Positions 1 through 12,384 of a stretch of 64,000 nucleotides of DNA are shown here, one piece after another. The DNA comes from Octopus sinensis. Lineage: Eukaryota. The stretch spans positions 29,636,001 to 29,700,000 of the forward strand of contig NC_042997.1 in assembly GCF_006345805.1 (NCBI RefSeq), written 5' to 3'. A program made the position numbers and the translations under genes. The notes under the pieces are model-generated. The model was not told where the DNA came from, searched no databases, and worked only from the letters and a program-made list of their open reading frames with translations. The first letter of the stretch is position 1. The number at the start of each line of letters is the position of its first letter.

Positions 1-2040
1 ATAGTCCTTGAATTGATAGAGGTGAACATTCTGAAGCTTGGATCTTTGTTACTGGCGCAAATGTTGGCTGGATGCTATTTTTGTTTTTCGGAATTTTGAT
101 TTGGGATCTGTGCAGAGCCATCCTTTGGCGTAGACTTTTTTTTTGGCTGGCCTATGTATTGCTCTTGACACCCAGAGCAGGTTAGGACATACGTCAGGTT
201 TTCCGAAGCGCACGGGAAACTGCTTTTCCCTGTGAAACGTCCCTGTTTTTGTTAGAGAACTCAGGTCCCTCAATTAAATTGACGCATATCCTACATTTGG
301 GTATTCCGCATGTTTGTATTGACGGCTTCAGTGTTGTTGCTGAACGTATTCGGGTTTGTGTTAGGAGACTTTTCATAGATTTGGGCTGTCTCTTGCTTTT
401 TATGATGGTGTGTGTTTGGAGGATTATGTACATTCTGTGCTTCTTTTTATAGCAGAGGAATGTTTTGAAGGATGGTGTCGAAGGCTTCGTGGTTAAGAGG
501 GTTGTGTGTGGAGATGTATGGTAGGGCTTTTGGTTGTAAATCCGTCTTTAACTTGGGATGTCTGAGTTCGTGAATGTTGGGTTGTAGGACACGTTGAAAA
601 CATATGTCAATTAGTGAAGGTGGGGAGGTCCTGGCGATGAGTATATCATTTACTTCATGTATTCGTGTGTCCCTGGTGCTTGCATTAGAAACTATAGTAC
701 ATATCCTTTTTGCGAGGTTGAAGGGGATATTTATTCTGGTGTGTCTCGGTAGCATGAGTAGTTTGAAATCCGTGGGATTATAGTATATATCTGTTTCTAT
801 TACGTTGTTAGATTTCTTAATGAGGATGTAGAGGAATGGAAGTTGTTGATGGCTATATTTGATCGTGAATTGAATGTTTACACAAAGTCCACTTATAAAA
901 GCTTGAAATTCTTTAAGTCTCTCTATAATTTCATGCCAAAGAATGAAACAGTCATCCAGGTATCTCTTTCGGTTATTTCCTATGTCTATGTAGAGGGAGA
1001 ACGGGTTGTCGTATTTTCTAGTATCTTACGATAAAGACTAGTTTCTAGATATCCCATGACTAGGTTAGCAAAGGAGGGAGCCATTCTCGTACCCATTGCA
1101 GTCCCTGATTTTTGTCTATAGAAGTTGTCTTTGAAGACGAAGTTGTTATTCTCCAAGATAAAGTTTAGCCCTTCTATCCCGAATTCTTTTTTGATGCGAT
1201 GTGGGAGTTCGTTGACGTAATTCTCTAGCCAGAATTGAATTGCCTCTATTCCTAGGTTGTGGGGTATATTGGAATAGATGTTGACTATATCAAAGGATAC
1301 TAGTAAGGTGTTTTTGTTTATTGTTTCAGGTAGGTGATTGAGTATATCCAGGTTGTTCCTTATATAGCATTTTGACATGCTTGAGGAATGGCTCTAAGAG
1401 GGAATCTAAAATGTTACTGAGGCGGTGGTGAGTTTCGCATGCGGGAACTGGTATTATAGGTCTCAATTTGAGGTCATTAGGAGTAGGGACTTTGATTACC
1501 ATGTATATGGCTTTCCTGCATGTGTAACTTATTTTCTCACTTTTGTGTATCTCTTGGGAATACTGTAGAATTGACTGGTTTCATTTTTGAAATTGGTCAT
1601 ATAGTCATATTCTTTGTTGGTGACCCCTTCTCTGTATAGGTTTAACATGGATTTTTAGGTCTCTCATTATTTTCTGCTGACTGTAGTGTTGGGTCTTTTT
1701 CATAATACGTTGTGTTTTCTAATATGGATATTACTAGAGTTATATAGTATACCGTGTCCATTAAGACAACTGCACTCCTTTTATCAGCCTCTTTGATTGT
1801 TATTGTTTTGTTATCGTTAATTTGTTACGCTCAGCCCATTCTTTTTTGGTTTACAGATTCATTTGGGGGCCATAACTTTTGCAAGCCAGGAGGAGGTCGA
1901 AACTGACATTCCAGAGTACTTGGTTTTGAAACCAAAAGAGTTTTACATTGATGATATTAAAAAGTTTGTAAAGAGATGGAAGTCGTAGATAATCAGGACA
2001 GATACACTGAAAATAAATTTCAATTAAATATAACATTTGA
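1..2040 (-). mobile_element. Penelope-like element, decayed RT + GIY-YIG ORF (runs off window start)
   Basis: Manual minus-strand translation gives PLE motifs in order: TIKEADKRSAVVLMD (~1760-1810), DLKLRPII (~1450), LLVSFDIVNIYSNIP and QKSGTAMGTRMAPSFANLVMGYLE (ORF 986-1378), KRYLDDCFILW (~940-968), NIPFNLAKRICTIVS (ORF 447-755), CGIPKCRIC linker, and CASENLTYVLTCSGCQEQYIGQ...LRQRMALHRSQI GIY-YIG (~100-210). Frameshifts and stops throughout. Confidence 0.93.
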
Positions 2041-2863
2041 TCTCGTGTTTTCTTTATTCAAAATTTGGACAGAAGTTCTGAAATGACCCGATATGTATCA
2101 GGCTCGTGACATTTCATTTTACATTTAACATTTACCAGCTATCAAATGATTTTTGTTTTCATTTACAAAAATAACAAATGTAAGTGGTGTATAAGATGAA
2201 ACCTAGAAATTTTCAGTTCCAACTGCGATTATTCATATGCGAAAAATTCGATTTTTGTTACTTGTTAAGCAAAAGAGGTGAGAAAATAATGTTAGATTTT
2301 GGATTGTCACGAGCTAATTAAGTTGGCACAGCTGCAGCAGTTTGATTGGACTGAGACGATTTAATATTTCCCCAACCTTTTTTTCATGAAGATTTAGAAC
2401 AATTAAATCTAATTATCCCAAGAAAGTTTCAGCTCCAATTTCTATTAAAAAATAGTCCTAATTTGTCATGTAATTATAAAATCAAGATTTCATCTAAATG
2501 CAACAGATATTTTCGAAACGTTTTCCTGTCATTGTTAAGTTGATATGGTGCTAGAAGACATCCTGAAAGACAATGTTTAAGGTCTGTATTACGGTCGGCA
2601 TTTTTCATCCAGTTTTTCATCGCATTTCTTATTGTACTTCGCACCAATTCTCTTAGTTTTGTAGGACAAAGGATTAGATTTCATTCGAAAATTATACACA
2701 GCAATCGAACTTCATTCTTCTTATACGATTATTTATATGTTATTTGATAAAATAAAAAAGAACTAACGATAATAATCAATGTAAGTAGTAGGAAATCTAT
2801 TTGGTCACAGAATCTGCGATTGGAAACTATTTTTCATAATTTATTTTTCATATTTTAGTTATT

Positions 2864-3046
2864 TTAGTCATTAGACTGCAGCCATGCTGGGGCACCTCCT
2901 TAAATATTTTTAGCCGAGAGTATCGAAGGCAAGACTTATTTTATCGGTTCCTTCTATGGGACTGCTAAATGGCTTGAGTGTAAACAAGTCAATGCTGATT
3001 GTTAAACGATAATGGGGGACAAACAGAGACACATACACACACACAT
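2864..3046 (-). mobile_element. Decayed 3' part of tRNA-derived SINE (family of 37418-37834)
   Basis: gactgcagccatgctggggcacc...gggggacaaacagagacac matches the reverse complement of the 3' half of the 37418 copy, with many substitutions. Confidence 0.7.
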
Positions 3047-4080
3047 ATTCCTCACTTATCTAAGATGTTACGCAGTAGTACTGAACTCGAAATCCTCCTA
3101 TGAACAAAGTTTATCTGCTGATGTGTTCACACCAGAGGTATCTTATATGAGGCAGTGCTGAAAAATTCCTGGTTTTAAGGTTTATCGTGAAATGCCTGGC
3201 TGGAGGCGCAAACGTCCTAGTTCTTTTACAGAGCTTAGAAAATCTAAGGACCGCTGCAATAAGTGCGTGAATATGAGAGAGGAATATGTTGAATAAAATC
3301 ATAATTAACTAATCCTCCTTTATTTGATTTTACACAACGCAAAATATTTTCACCTCCCATTGTTATATCTTAATTTCAGAATATACATTTTTACATCTTA
3401 ATTTTAAGCGGTGTGAAACAGACAGTTTGATCTCCAATTTCTGACAGGCTATGTGACTAAATTTAATTTAGACATCGTTCGATGTCTAAATTGAACGAAG
3501 TCGCAGTCGAATCCCTTACGTTTTGACTACTCGAGCCGCGTATTGCTTTTTGTTTTCGCACCCATGATTCGGAAATGCAGAGGTATTTAAACTGATATTG
3601 TTTTTCGGTGAACTAGTAGGAAAAATCTATTTACATTTACCTTTATCCCCATTAATATACAAGTAGTGATATGCCCTACAACAAATGAGACCCAAGTTAC
3701 TATACGATAGATGGACATGAAGAAACTGGCGCTAGGAATAAAATTTTACTTTGAATTTTTGTAGGCGAAAACAGCGGAATGTCAGTTCAGTTAAATCACT
3801 TAACAGATATTAATTCAAATAAAGTAATATATAATTGCCATTAGCGCCGAAACGCATACTTTCAAAAGTGTGGGACACAGTGGATACCAGCTACTGATGA
3901 CCTGCTAAGACACAGCAGAAGTAATGATTTAGCAATCCTTCCTTCTGTTATTGGTATTCTAAACGTCTAAGTGAGAGGGTTACTCGCAAAGAATACTGCA
4001 AGTATGATATGCGGAATATTTCGATAATATAGCGTTATATTTGTACTCATCCCACATCTATTTGGCCATAGGTAATTCAT

Positions 4081-4085
4081 ATGTA

Positions 4086-4145
<60 letters not shown>

Positions 4146-4154
4146 TATATACAC

Positions 4155-4185
<31 letters not shown>

Positions 4186-4286
4186 CACATATATATATAT
4201 ATACATATATATATATACATACATATATATATATATATACATACATATATATATATACATATATATACACATATATATATATATAC

Positions 4287-4319
<33 letters not shown>

Positions 4320-4345
4320 CATACATAATATATATATATATACAC

Positions 4346-4442
<97 letters not shown>

Positions 4443-4452
4443 ATATATATAG
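4081..4452. repeat. (TA)n microsatellite with interspersed CA
   Basis: Directly visible; explains the YIYI ORFs. Confidence 0.98.
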
Positions 4453-5393
4453 GTATTAATCTTCTAGTTTCCAAAGTATATTACAAAATGATTTCCATTA
4501 GTAACCATTGAACCCAGTCGAATCAAAGTATTCGAGGTCTATGGCACGAAAACATGAAATCGCTTTAGATACACAACTTCAATATAGAAATTTAGGATCA
4601 CACTATCTCAATGGCAATTACTTGAGAAGAAATATTGAATAACTCAAATTGCTCTGTAGTAATGGCAACTTAATAATCAAGTTATATGAATTACGTAACT
4701 AAATGTTGAAGCTTTATATTATCTTCTCAGCTATATTTGGCATTTTATAATTTTACAAAAGACTTTTCAGCCTATAAATGAAATCTTGATGTAATGAACG
4801 TCATCTAACTTTTCTATGGTCACAATCACACTGCCTACACTCTCGCCGTCAACGACCAGTCGTAAAACGTCACGGAAATAAGTCATAAATCCTTATCACT
4901 GATTTTAAGTGGTATTTTTATTTTTCATTCTTTATTTTTTGTTGCTTCATAAACATTGTTTCGTGACACTACATCCATACAACTCATTACTTCCTGAAAA
5001 ATAAATGTTACTAACCACACTTGAAATCATATAGGAAAGGTTTCAGTAATAACCGCTTGTTCTAAATTGTGTATCTAGATTTCATAGTCTATTTTACACG
5101 CCATCATTTGTCGAGAACGCGTTGAGCTTTGACTAATATTAAATTCAATACTATTTAATCATAAAATTGGCATGCTAGCAAACATCGGGGATAATTCAAA
5201 GATTTTGCCACTGTAAACATGAAACAGTACTTGTTGGTTTCGTTTAGGTGGAGACGACAGCGAATAGCAGGCAAGAGAGAGTAGAAGTGACGGAAATCGT
5301 AAACACTTGAAAGTTGAGTCTGTAGAAGGCAATGTTAACATACACAAAAAAGGCTGATAATTCGATACAGACATATATAAATATTATATATAT

Positions 5394-5450
<57 letters not shown>

Positions 5451-6064
5451 TTGAGTAGTAGAATGAATTATCTTGCTCTGGATAATTCGGTCAACCGATA
5501 CCTGGGTAGCAAATTCACATCAGAGAAGACACGTTTGATGTTACGTGCTTTCGTGTGGAAATTTGTATGTTTTTTTTTAAATATAAATATATGAAAGAAT
5601 GGAGTTGAACGGCGAATTAACAAAATTCCTTTATTTTAAACATATGTTTCGAAGGCTGCATATTCCTAATTCCGAAGGAATAAGGAGTATATTATGCCGT
5701 TTTCTAATCAGGAAAAGCAAGGAACTTATGTCAACATCAAGATGCACAAAAACCTTTTGGATGACTACTCACACGGAGCCCACAGCGATATATATATATA
5801 ACTCTAAAACTTTAGATACAGTTGAATATGTTACTTAAGTTAAAGGCATCAGAATTTAGTATGGTATTATTCATATAATTCAAAATGGGATGACTATAAT
5901 CAAAATAAGCAACAAGGATATCCAGAGGTAATGCAGTACGATCGTTTCATGCGACTCCATTTAATTAAACAATGCAAGTATTACATCAGTTAAAACTTGT
6001 TGCTTATTTTGATTACATATAATGGTGGACTTCCACATTGCTTCCACGAACTATGGTCCTGCAA

Positions 6065-6242
6065 GACACCCCTGCAGATTATAGGGGGAAACGATAACAG
6101 GGCCGCCGCAGAGCAGTAAAACAATGGTGTAATAAACACACACAATAACAATATTCAAGAATTAACCAACTGTAATATAACAAGAAAACAAGCGACGCTA
6201 GTCGTAAATAACGACACTAACTCTTAGCAGACCAATTTTGAA
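6065..6242 (-). mobile_element. Isolated 5' UTR of the ORF1-only element family (third unit of tandem array)
   Basis: Shares aaacacacacaataacaa, caactgtaatataaca and acgacac blocks with 7860-8025, the leader of the ORF1 element. No ORF follows. Confidence 0.7.
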
Positions 6243-8025
6243 TTTATTTATTTTAAATCATTTACAAAGAGTTAAACGTAGAGTGGACAGCACACGAACA
6301 GATGAAATCACATAATTGGGGGAAAAATCGAACGGAAAAAGATGGGAGAAAATTAATAAAGAGTTAGAATGACAGCAACTCGAACCCCACACTCTGAGTG
6401 ACAACATTGAACTCTTTTACAACCTATTACATTATGAAAGTCTTTCTACGTATTCTAAAATATCTAGAAGGCTCACCGTAGATGGCATTGTTTCGATATC
6501 GGCTTCTATGTTTGTAAGGCACAAACTTTTCTCTAACTTCCCCTTCTGTGTGCGAAACTGCCCTCTGCTAACAAGAACTCATCTCATGTTTAAGAGATAC
6601 TTCCTACAAGCAGGAATATCAATTTTCACAATGTCTTTTAAACTGTCTATTTCCTTCTTCCGCACATTATTCAGCTCATTGAAAGCTATAAAACAACTCT
6701 TTTCACAGGGTGGGGGCTGGAATATTTTGGGCTCCCGTGTATGTTTGCTTGTGTGTCTGTAAGGTCAGGGTCGGCGTCATTGGTTGGTGGGGCAGGTCAT
6801 GGACTGGTGTCTGCGCGGGCAGAGTGGAGAATGCAAGGGTTTTTGTAGAGTGGGGGACATCATCACTGGTGTGGTTTCGCTTCCTCTTCTTTCAGATTCT
6901 TTGGGTGATTTTATTTCATCTATTTGCTGTTTCTTCCTCCACTTGTTTGTCCTTTTCCGTTGCACATAGCTCCTCTTTGCATATTCCCTCATTCGACGCC
7001 GCAATAGCTGAGAGTGCGTATTCCCTTACTACCGTTGGAACCACCAGTGCCTTCGCGGGAGGTGGCGAGCATTCTGCTCTTGTGTGGCACTTCTGGCCAC
7101 ACTTGTTGCAAAGCGACTTTCTTCCCTCTACTACAACACGTAATCTCTTATCATCCACAACAATGGTATCGATGATGTTTTCCAAATCCTCCGGGGCAGC
7201 TTAGATGACCATTTCCAGTCCCTGCCCTAGCCAGTTCTGCGTTGGTGTTTTCGTAGCTTGGACGATTGACATTTTCTCCTCCAAACCCACTGTTATCGCT
7301 GCTACCAGCCGAGCAACATCCACCTCCGATGGTGTCTCCTCTTGGAAGCACGTCTTCCAAGGTAAGATGGTAGTAATATAATTTCCTCTGTTTTCAGGTA
7401 GGCCACGGAGTGTTGGCTGGCCTTTTCGTCTGTTGCAAACTGCATTCCCACTGTAGCATATCTGGCGCACCTGCCAATGTACGATATTTCTGGCCAGATG
7501 GGTTCCAAGCACTTCTCAATTTGTATCTTCGTTGTCATTTCAATTTTCTTCTCCTTGATGACAAATGTCTTAAATATCACCGTTTTCTTGCAAATGTGCC
7601 TCGTAATTGTCTTAGGAGGGGTCAGTTCTACCTCCAACCCATCCTTTCTCAAGAGATCTTGGTATATTACCAAAGTCATACCTTTCAAACTCGACATTAC
7701 ACATTCGCTGGCCGCCACCGCAAAGCTTTTGATATATTTTTCCGTTTTTTTCTTTTCCCCCTCATGCCAGCTCCTCCTCCATTCCACCCGTGAAATAAAT
7801 CAATTCACCATCGGAACATTCTACGTCGGATAAGCTTATATCTTCATATTTGATCATAGCGCCCCTTCAAACAAGGGGAAAAACAACTGGACCGCTACAA
7901 AGCAGTGAAACAACAGTCTTTTACAAACACACACAATAACAAAGTTTAAAAAAACAACAACTGTAATATAACAGGTGAAACTGACCGTAATTCACGACAC
8001 CAACACTTGCCGGACTGATTTCAAA
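6243..8025 (-). mobile_element. ORF1(gag)-only non-LTR retroelement, copy A (decayed)
   Basis: 5' leader starting near a TCAGT (8014-8018), disrupted ORF1, a ~190-nt pyrimidine-rich 3' UTR ending AAATAAATAAA at 6243. No APE or RT sequence between the ORF1 stop and the tail. Confidence 0.75.
6432..7787 (-). pseudogene. ORF1/gag-like protein with CX2CX4HX4C knuckle; frameshifts (~7345, ~6920) and in-frame stops
   Basis: ORFs 7302-7787, 7201-7512 and 6916-7185 join into one protein ending in VVVEGRKSLCNKCGQKCHTRAEC, collinear with ORF 12762-13628 (LEVELTPPK vs LEWEIIPPK; RYATV vs KYATV; LLPSY vs FLPTY). Confidence 0.85.
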
Positions 8026-9790
8026 TTAATTGTTATATTTACCATAAGGTTTACACATAGAGGGATGAGACAAAGGGTCAGGGGGTGATTTGCCCACAAA
8101 TGGTGAGAGTTATTTATACAAATTTATAATGAATAAAATAAATAAATTCGATGATGATGATGATGATGAATTGATGGACGGGTGTGACGCCACAAACCAC
8201 TTTCCGCCACTGGACCTTTTCAGAACCCTTTATGTCATCCCTTAAGTAGGCACTTTCACTCTCAATATATGCGCCACTTTCTTCCATCTTTTTCGTTTAT
8301 ACTTAGGGCTAGGCAACACCTCTCCAGTTTGATTTTCCTTTGAGTTAGGAAAAAAAGTTTACTAATCCTCGGTTGGAGATGAAGTCACCTGTTACTACTC
8401 CTTTCACGCGAGACTTCCACACAACTACTTCTGCAGTCGCTACTACAGCAAGAAGACAATGCTTCCTTTCTTTTGCCAAGGGAGTCAAAAGACAGCTGTA
8501 ATCTTCCTAAACGTAACAGCAGGTGTTCGACATAAACCCACAACCTGATTACTTCGGACACTGTACAATAGCGTGCAAACCAGTTTCACTGCTCTGCTCT
8601 CACATCTTGGGTACGTGGATTGACACGAAGAGTCGTGTCTGGCGAGTTTATCTCGAAGTGATAAGGCGCTTCGGTAAAACTGTCAAGCCAGTGACCTCTG
8701 GAAGTTGTCCAAAGACCCCAGCCCAAATGTTGGAACAAACCAGAGCGCCGTCACACTTGGCTTCTACTAACGCTCTGTAGAATGACGAAATGGAACCCTC
8801 GCCACCGGTATTACCCCTTCGGAAGTGAAGCTCGAGAAACTACTGGCATTCGTCTCGCCACGCTCCCGACTTTGGACTAAAGTTGATACATAGCTCCAGT
8901 TCACCGAAACTAGTAAATCGAGGAAGTATCAGCTTGACAAACGGAGCCCACACCCGTTCACCATCCAATTAGTGGAAAAGATGCCTTAGCATCAGCGCAT
9001 GCCTGCACATCATCAGCCACGGCATCCTTAGCCCACCCTTCAACAGCTGTTGGCAGCAGATAGCACGAAAAGCGAAATAGCAATCGTTCCAACTTAGCCA
9101 CGAATAGGGACAAAGACACGTCGGTTAGACTGCAAGTGATCACAGATGCCAGAAGCACATTTGCGACCTCCACTATCCCTTTCAGGAATAACTATCGTTC
9201 AGATTAGATCCTTGTTGGTGAGTCACCCTGTTCGTAAACTCTCACCGGTTCTTCTCTATCTCGATGTCTGGACCGAACCAATCCCCTAACCGGACCGTCC
9301 GACCAACGTCCCATGACGCTGTTGGACGGTATGGACTTGCCTCTCCAGGTGCCTAGCTGCAAGCTAACCGACTTCTGGTTAAGTTTTGCTCCTGATACCG
9401 CCTAGCATTCTTTAATGGACTTACCTACCCACTGTAGGTGCTTGACATCCGATACGATGATGGTGATGTCGTCCGCATACGCCGTTACTGACCTTCCTCA
9501 TCCTAGATCACGCAAGGCGCCTCACATGCCCTCCAACTTACGCAGTAAATTCTCAAGAGACACAACATATATATGAAGGGGGAAAGAGGGACATCCTTGA
9601 TGAACTGAGCGCTCGATGCAGAACGGTTCCGTGAAGAACCCGTTCACCCGAACGATCGATTTGATGTCGCTGTGTAAAGCAGTGATGCACCCACGGAAGG
9701 TAGGGCTAAACCCGGCTGCCTAAAGGACCTCCGCCGGGTACCAATGGTCAACCCTATCAAAAACTTTAGGTTGGTTTAAATGGACCAATA
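8026..9790 (-). mobile_element. 5'-truncated Tx1/L1-clade LINE: decayed ORF2 RT and C-terminus plus 3' UTR
   Basis: Minus-strand translation: LNQPKVFDRVDH...VRVNGFFTEPFCIERSVHQGCP (~9590-9780), TAYADDITIIV (YADD 9468-9479), C-terminal KIKLEREVLPSPK..RWKKVAH (~8260-8340). 3' UTR contains (ATC)n and ends near 8026. Confidence 0.88.
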
Positions 9791-9894
9791 GGGTAAAAGA
9801 TTATGTCTATCTTCCTAAATTATGTCTTAAATGCATCTAATATCTTTTCAGTTATCGTGTATCTTTATCTTTTAAGATTTAGTTGTGTCTGCCT

Positions 9895-10226
9895 TTACAA
9901 TGGAACAATGCTGGGCAACTGCATTGAAGAATTTTGGTCGAGCAATAATTATTCTTTAATTTTTAAAGCCTAGGACTTATTCTATCGGCCTTTTTTTCCA
10001 ATGGGAACATAACACACTGACTCCTGTTGTCAAGCAGTGATAGGGCAAACAACGCATGCGCATGGGCACGACACGTTTCTCTCAATTTCAATCAAACAAA
10101 TTCACTCACAAGGATTTAGGCAGCCCGTGGCTATAGTAGAAGACACTTGTCCAAGGTACTACACAATGGGACTGAACCTGGAACAATTCGGTTGTGAAGT
10201 AAATTTCTTACACACGCCTGCGCTAA
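9895..10226 (-). mobile_element. Old, diverged tRNA-derived SINE (family of 37418)
   Basis: cactcacaagg...ggctatagtagaagacacttgtccaaggtactacacaatgggactgaacc matches the reverse complement of the SINE head/body. Confidence 0.8.
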
Positions 10227-10529
10227 AAATTTAAATGTAGTGAAATTTGTGTCTATCTTAGCAATGAAATTAACAGACAGTTCAATACACATTATTGCAA
10301 TTCGATTACAATTGCTGACTCTATGATAAATTGTAATGTTCTAAAACACGATGCATGAATTTTAATATTCTTATATGTTTAGACTGAATTTGTTATTTGT
10401 TTTTGGATTGTATTATTGCTTAACACACATAAATTCTGGCCTAAAGATTAAAGAGAATAACGATTTGCTTCTTAGTTTTATAATTTCGTAACATATTACA
10501 ACGGTTATTAGATAACTCAGACAATGGAC

Positions 10530-11313
10530 TAAAACATCAGAGATACAATTCTCATCAAAAGCAGTTTTTAAGATAGAACGATTATATTTCATGCATGAAC
10601 ATTAAAAAGATAACTACAGATAATTATGCAGTCAGTATAAACAATGACAATAAATAATATTGGTTTGCCGGCGTATTAAAATGGGGAATAGGTAGGGTCC
10701 TCAGATAGTTGGTCAAAATATTCTGCATTATTGTTTACATTCTCGATTCGAATGCAGGAGTTCAAATCCCACTGATGGATTTCTCGAGCGCTGAGATGAT
10801 AATATTATCGGTTAAACCTTTCCCTCGTATTTCTGATCTTACACCACTTTTACGCAGAATATTTTTCAGTCATAATAAAACCATTTTCGAAAGCGGTGAG
10901 GACGTTTTTTTTTTCGTCTCCAACAATGTAAAACATCAGAGATACAATTCTCATCAAAAGCAGTTTTTAAGATAGAACGATTATATTTCATGCATGAACA
11001 TTAAAAAGATAACTACAGATAATTATGCAGTCAGTATAAACAATGACAATAAATAATATTGGTTTGCAGGCGTATTAAAATGGGGAATAGGTAGAGTCCT
11101 CAGATAGTTGGTCAAAATATTATGCATTATTGTTTACATTCTCGTTTCGAATGTAGGAGTTCAAATCCCACTGATGGATTTCTCGAGCGCTGAGACGATA
11201 ATATTATCGGTTAAACCTTTCCCTCGTATTTCTGATCTTACACCACTTTTACGCAGAATATTTTTCAGTCATAATAAAACCATTTTCGAAAGCGGTGAGG
11301 ACGTTTTTTTTTT
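10530..11313. repeat. Tandem duplication, period 399 bp, near-identical units
   Basis: taaaacatcagagatac... starts at 10530 and 10929; ORFs 10709 and 11108 are near-identical and offset by 399. Confidence 0.97.
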
Positions 11314-12384
11314 TAATTGACATCATTAATTCACAAAGCCGATTCAACGTCGTCCCAGTTAGCATTCTAGTTTCGTATAAGAAAAATGCTATCAATATAT
11401 TTTGGGAAAGATTATTTCTTTTAAACGTCTTCTCTAAAGGAAGGGGAGCAAGGCAAATCATAACATTATACACGCACATATAGGTATGTGCATATTAAAT
11501 CTCCCCGTTTATGCTAAACTACAGCAACTAATGAAAGAGTATTTCCTGTTCTCCATATTAGTATTTTTAGTTAGGATAGATAAAAATCAGCGCTAATCAG
11601 TTTAGTTCCACATCAACACAAACCTACCAACGAATGCATTCTCAACGTAGAAATCATCAATTTATAACTTAAATTGTATGACTTAAATTGTCACGTAATC
11701 CAACTTGTATAAGCAATTACTCTTTCTCTTTTACTCTGTTACTTGTTTCAATCATTTGACTGCGGCCATGCTGGAGCACCGCCTTTAGTCGAGCAAATCG
11801 ACCCCGGGACTTATTCTTTGTAAGCCCAGTACTTATTCTATCGGTCTCTTTTGCCGAACCGCTAAGTGACGGGGACGTAAACACACCAGCATCGGTTGCT
11901 AGGGGGACAGCCACAGCCACACACACACACATATATATACATATATACGACAGGCTTCTTTTCAGTTTCCGTCTACCAAATCCACTCACAAGGCATTGGT
12001 CGGCCCGAGGCTATAGCAGAAGACACTTGCCCAAGATGCCACGCAGTGGGACTGAACCCGGAACCATGTGGTTGGTTAGCAAGCTACTTTATTTCAAAAC
12101 ATTTGCCATAAAGGCAGTACACAGATTAAGTTAGCTTTGCGGGCTGGACGAGGATATTAATAAGGTGAATGATAATGAAAGAAGGATGATAAGAATGGGA
12201 GAAGACAAAAAGCGCCCGCCGACATTCGCTTCTCTAAAACATTGTTCTTTTTAAGGATAAACAGAAAACGAGGTATTAACCCTCTTACAACTTTTCCAAT
12301 TTTTGGACTTAGCAGTCCATTATTAATACAAAACGAGGTATTAATCCTCTTACAATTTTTCAATTTTTGGACTTAAGTCCATTA

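Noticed and set aside
2040-2720. DNA-transposon-like subterminal sequence, also near 27880-28250
   Set aside because: Only short shared words (tttcatgaaga); no TIR, TSD or ORF to support a call.
3848-3925. GAAAC...CTGATGA-CCTGCT-N7-AGCAG-AAG, possible hammerhead
   Set aside because: No consistent stem I/III, GAAG instead of GAAA, and a mismatched closing pair; neither type I nor type II topology fits.
3967-4474. ORFs of YI/YV/HI repeats here and at 23.4-25.5, 40.8, 45.4, 46.8-49.9 and 63-64 kb
   Set aside because: Translations of stop-free (TA)n/(CA)n microsatellites; no coding signal.
6065-8070. LTR retrotransposon reading of the direct repeats around ORF1 copy A
   Set aside because: The repeats are strongly diverged, lack TG...CA ends and PBS/PPT, and are better explained as tail-to-leader junctions of non-LTR units.
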